DNA from: an uncultured Cytophagia bacterium | GTDB lineage: Bacteria; Zhuqueibacterota; Zhuqueibacteria; Residuimicrobiales; Residuimicrobiaceae | NCBI GenBank assembly: GCA_964554965.1 | Contig: CAZKQR010000003.1 | Coordinates: 1-37,259 of the forward strand | DNA: 37,259 nt | Reading direction: 5' to 3' | In this document: positions 34,113 to 37,259 of the stretch, in pieces | Position numbering within the stretch: position 1 is the first letter of the stretch | How the letters are laid out: every line of letters starts with the position of its first letter | Position numbers and translations under genes: made by a program | The notes under the pieces: model-generated | The model's input: only the letters and a program-made list of their open reading frames with translations | Database searches by the model: none | What the model was told of the DNA's origin: nothing

Positions 34113-36386
34113 TTGTTACGGTGCATCCGACCACGCTTCATGTTCCTCCTCCTTTTGGGTTTGATCAGTTCCCTCATGGCCCAGCCCATTCGCGACAACC
34201 GGCCGCGCGCATCCGCGCGTCTGCACAAAACCGCCATCGATGATTATTGGCATTTTCATAATGCCGGAAATCTCGGATTGACCGTCACCAACTATGGCGT
34301 GATCGGCGAAGGGTATAACAATCCGGATCAGCCTTCCTGCATGTACAAATTGCATGCGGATAACATGCGTTATCAGATCGAGCACATGTCCTTCGGCGGT
34401 CTCTGGGTCGGCGGCCGCAGCGAGGCGGACGGCGCCGTGCACGTTTCCACCGCCATTGTGGACGGCGTATTCGAAGCCGGCGAAGAGGGCTTTGAGTTTA
34501 CCAACAGCGAAACGGCCGGCGATACGATACAGATTCGCTCGACCATCGTCACCTCTCCCTATTTTTCGCCGCACGCGGTGTCGCATCAGGACTTTGTCGC
34601 CACCTTTACGGATCTGAACACCCGCGTGCCCGGAAGCGACTTTGAGATACCCAACCACACTCCGCTCGGCCTCAGCATCCGCCTCGAGTCCTATGCCTGG
34701 AATTACAGTTACACCGATGCGTTTGTCATCCTCAACTATACCATCACCAACGTTTCTCGTTATACCATTGAAGACGTCTTTGCCGGCCTTTGGGCGGACG
34801 CCGCAGTCGGCAATATGAACTACACCAGCATCTATACATCCGGCGGCGGCTGGTCGTGGTATGATAACATGAACGGATTTGATCAGGCCTATAAACTGGC
34901 TTATCAATTTGATGCCGATGGCGACGACGGATTCGCGCAGAGCTATTTCGGACTGCGCTATCTGGGCTCCTCCCGCCGCCGCGATTCCGTAGAGGTCCAT
35001 TATGACCAGTGGCGCTGGTCAGCCAGCGCGGCCATGGATTTTCCAGAGTACGTCATGCCGATCAACGATGAGGGCCGGTACGAGGTTTTGCGCGGTCGGC
35101 ATACGGGCAGGTATTACAACGAGGTCACAGACGGCGGCATTCCGACCGATCCGGCCAGCCGGGGCAGCTGGATGCTGGTGCTCAGCGCCGGCCCGCTGGC
35201 TACGCTGGCGCCGGGAGGTTCCACCACTGCAACCTTTGCGATTGTCTGCGGCCTTTGGGCTACGCAGGAGTCGAACGACACCCCCGGCCGCCGCGCCAAC
35301 CTTCGCCTCAATTCCGATTGGGCGCAGATCGCCTATAACGGCGAAGACGTGGACGGCGACGGCAAACTCGATCCCAACGAGGACCAGAACAACAACGGCA
35401 TCCTCGACGGCCAGGAGGATGTCTACCGTTCTGATCTTGATCTGAACAGAAACAGCCGATGGGATGCCGGCGAGCCGGTTTTCGGCGACGGCGACGGCCA
35501 TCTCGATATCGAAGAAGACGTGCACAGTAATGCCATCAAGGGCATTCAACGGGGCAACGGAGTGATCGATCGATTTATTCTTCCCAGCCCGCCGCCTTCT
35601 CCGAATCTTCTCGCTGTTCCCGGCGAAGGCCGGGTGACGCTCTATTGGGACAAGGTGTCGGAGGAGTACGAGGACCCCATCACGCGCGAAAAAGACTTTG
35701 AGGGATACCGCATCTACAGCTCGCCCAAAACCGCTTCCTCCGCAGAGGAACGCACGCTGCTGGCGGAATTTGACCGGATCAACAACTTGGGGTATGACAC
35801 CGGCTTTGCCGCGGTCCAGGTCGATACGGTCATCGACGGACGGCGCTATTTTTACCGCTTCACCAACACCGAGCTGCTCTCCGGTTGGCCGGGTCAGTAC
35901 TGGTTTGCCGTCACCGCTTTTGACCGCGGCAATCCGACAAACAATCTGCCCAGCCTGGAAAGCTCTGTGCTGGAGAACAAGATTTATGCGGTCATCGGAT
36001 CTCCCGCGAGACCGGCCGGCAGCGAGCTCCGTGTCGGCGTCTTTCCCAACCCCTACCGTGGTCAGGCCCGGTGGGACGGCGACAGCGACCGCGACCAGAT
36101 GCTGTGGTTTTTTAATTTGCCGGCCGAAGCCGAGGTGCGCATCTACACCCTGGCCGGCGATCTGATCGATGAGTTCCGCCATCATGGCAGCAGCTATCGC
36201 GGCGAAGACGTCAACCTGATGCAACAAAAGATCGGCGGCAGCAACACCGTGCTGCCGGGCGGGTTGCACGCCTGGGATTTGATCTCCTCCTATGATCAGG
36301 CGATTGCCACCGGACTGTATTTTTTCAGCGTCAAGGACGTGGAAACCGGGGAAATTCAAACGGGGAAATTCGTCATCATCAAATAA
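34113..36386 (+). CDS. large secreted protein with Ca-binding Asp-rich repeats, FN3-like domain and C-terminal T9SS/FlgD-Ig-like sorting domain
   Basis: TTG start with AGGA 7 nt upstream. Signal peptide MLRCIRPRFMFLLLLGLISSLMA. DVDGDGKLDPNEDQNNNGILDGQED and FGDGDGHLDIEED are thrombospondin-type-3-like loops. PPSPNLLAVPGEGRVTLYWD...FEGYRIY is FN3-like. The C-terminus VFPNPYRG...RIYTLAGDLI...GLYFFSVKD...GKFVIIK resembles T9SS C-terminal domains. The N-terminal ~380 aa are unassigned. Confidence 0.75.
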   Translation: MLRCIRPRFMFLLLLGLISSLMAQPIRDNRPRASARLHKTAIDDYWHFHNAGNLGLTVTNYGVIGEGYNNPDQPSCMYKLHADNMRYQIEHMSFGGLWVGGRSEADGAVHVSTAIVDGVFEAGEEGFEFTNSETAGDTIQIRSTIVTSPYFSPHAVSHQDFVATFTDLNTRVPGSDFEIPNHTPLGLSIRLESYAWNYSYTDAFVILNYTITNVSRYTIEDVFAGLWADAAVGNMNYTSIYTSGGGWSWYDNMNGFDQAYKLAYQFDADGDDGFAQSYFGLRYLGSSRRRDSVEVHYDQWRWSASAAMDFPEYVMPINDEGRYEVLRGRHTGRYYNEVTDGGIPTDPASRGSWMLVLSAGPLATLAPGGSTTATFAIVCGLWATQESNDTPGRRANLRLNSDWAQIAYNGEDVDGDGKLDPNEDQNNNGILDGQEDVYRSDLDLNRNSRWDAGEPVFGDGDGHLDIEEDVHSNAIKGIQRGNGVIDRFILPSPPPSPNLLAVPGEGRVTLYWDKVSEEYEDPITREKDFEGYRIYSSPKTASSAEERTLLAEFDRINNLGYDTGFAAVQVDTVIDGRRYFYRFTNTELLSGWPGQYWFAVTAFDRGNPTNNLPSLESSVLENKIYAVIGSPARPAGSELRVGVFPNPYRGQARWDGDSDRDQMLWFFNLPAEAEVRIYTLAGDLIDEFRHHGSSYRGEDVNLMQQKIGGSNTVLPGGLHAWDLISSYDQAIATGLYFFSVKDVETGEIQTGKFVIIK

Positions 36387-36440
36387 GCGCATCACCGAGC
36401 GAGGCCGAGGGGCAACAGACCTTCAGAAAGGAGCTGCACG

Positions 36441-37259
36441 TTGAAAAAAGCGATACTGGTTTTCTTGGTACTGGCTGTATGGAGTTCCGCAGGAGCTCAG
36501 GTCACTTTAATCCGCGACATTCAATACACCACCGCCCCCACCGGGGATTCGCCGCTTAAGGATCAGATCGTAACCATCAGCGGTGTGGTCACCGGTGAAA
36601 TCTATGCTTTTAAAAACAGCTACTATTATGTGCAGGACGCCAACGCCCCCTGGTCCGGCATCAAGGTTTACGACAAGACCCATTTCGCCGCCCAGGGCGA
36701 TCGCGTCACCCTGACGGGAACGGTGGCCGAGTACAAGGGCGTCACTGAGATCACCACCGTAACCGCCTTTACCATCGATTCCACCGCTACCAACTGGATT
36801 CAGCCCATGGCCGTGACCACCGGCGAGATCGCCACCACCGGCGCTAAGGCGGAGGCCTATGAGGGCTGTCTCGTTCGCGTAGGTCCCGCCACCATCACCA
36901 ATCCGAACCTCGGCTATGGCGAGTGGCAGATCGATGACGGCTCCGGGCCCTGCCGCGTCGATGACGAGGCCAAGTACTATTTCCTTCAGGCCCAGTATGG
37001 CTCTGTGCAGTCGATCACCGGCCTTCTCGATTTTGCCAACAACGACACCAAGATCGAGCCGCGCCTGGCCAACGACGTTATCGAAGAGGGTCCGTACACC
37101 CGCATCCAGCGCATTCAACAGGTGCGTTACAGCGATCTGCTGAAAACGCCGACGCAGAACGCCGCGGATAAGAGCTATATGGACGGCGACACTGTGACCG
37201 TGAGAGGCATCGTCACCATGCCGACCGGATTGTGCTACGCCGGCGCAGGCATCAAATTC
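36441..37259 (+). CDS. secreted protein with repeated ExeM/NucH-type OB-fold-like modules (5' part; continues past the right edge)
   Basis: Absent from the ORF track (no stop in the window). TTG 36441 with AGGAG 7 nt upstream. It is open for 273 codons: (M)KKAILVFLVLAVWSSAGAQVTLIRDIQYTTAPTGDSPLKDQIVTISGVVTGE...YYYVQDANAPWSGIKVYD...GDRVTLTGTVAEYKGVTEIT. A second module starts at IQRIQQVRYSD...GDTVTVRGIVT. The listed minus ORF 36507..37118 is its antisense shadow. Confidence 0.6.
   Translation, partial: MKKAILVFLVLAVWSSAGAQVTLIRDIQYTTAPTGDSPLKDQIVTISGVVTGEIYAFKNSYYYVQDANAPWSGIKVYDKTHFAAQGDRVTLTGTVAEYKGVTEITTVTAFTIDSTATNWIQPMAVTTGEIATTGAKAEAYEGCLVRVGPATITNPNLGYGEWQIDDGSGPCRVDDEAKYYFLQAQYGSVQSITGLLDFANNDTKIEPRLANDVIEEGPYTRIQRIQQVRYSDLLKTPTQNAADKSYMDGDTVTVRGIVTMPTGLCYAGAGIKF

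Noticed and set aside
34116-36395. Minus-strand ORFs of 294 aa (34116..35000) and 458 aa (35019..36395), plus 36507..37118(-).
   Set aside because: They are antisense shadows of the two secreted-protein genes. The plus-strand frames carry a signal peptide, FN3-like and sorting-domain motifs, and strong RBSs.
1-37259. Scan for tRNA/rRNA genes, CRISPR repeat arrays, IS elements or inverted terminal repeats, integrases and prophage genes.
   Set aside because: None was seen. The intergenic regions are short and contain only promoter-like or terminator-like elements. No regularly spaced direct repeats and no recombinase-like ORFs are present. This is a by-eye scan, so a small ncRNA could be missed.

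Overview
GC-rich bacterial chromosomal window with about 31 protein genes. I saw no rRNA, tRNA, CRISPR array, transposase or integrase. The outer-membrane gene content and one C-terminal sorting-domain protein suggest an uncultivated Gram-negative of the FCB (Fibrobacterota-Chlorobiota-Bacteroidota) type; this is inference only.

The left quarter (974..9900, minus strand) is one tightly coupled eight-gene operon:
- four colinear paralogous membrane-embedded family-2 glycosyltransferases (GT2)
- a radical SAM enzyme with a SPASM/twitch-like C-terminus
- a class I methyltransferase
- an MprF-type flippase-like membrane protein
- a Wzi-like outer-membrane barrel

No canonical export or polymerase genes are present in it. 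This is the best candidate for an undescribed surface-glycoconjugate system.

The remainder is mostly housekeeping:
- slt-like lytic transglycosylase, tex, a WbqC-like gene and an M20 hydrolase
- an orphan OLD-like ABC ATPase, nadB and a DUF1080 lipoprotein
- an alpha/beta hydrolase, proBA, a VOC protein, mnmA and an S9 peptidase
- phoU, transcribed divergently from pstS-pstC-pstA-pstB1-pstB2
- a metallophosphoesterase and two small membrane proteins
- two tandem secreted proteins at the right edge

Other notable points:
- The two PstB paralogs carry complementary motif losses, which predicts an asymmetric ATPase dimer with one consensus and one degenerate site.
- A promoter architecture, TTGAnn-N17-TAnnTTG, recurs in AT-rich intergenic islands.
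- Two edge-truncated genes (1..572 minus, 36441..37259 plus) are missing from the ORF track.
- Many ORF-track entries are antisense shadows or 5' over-extensions.

All family calls rest on motif recognition by eye, not on searches.
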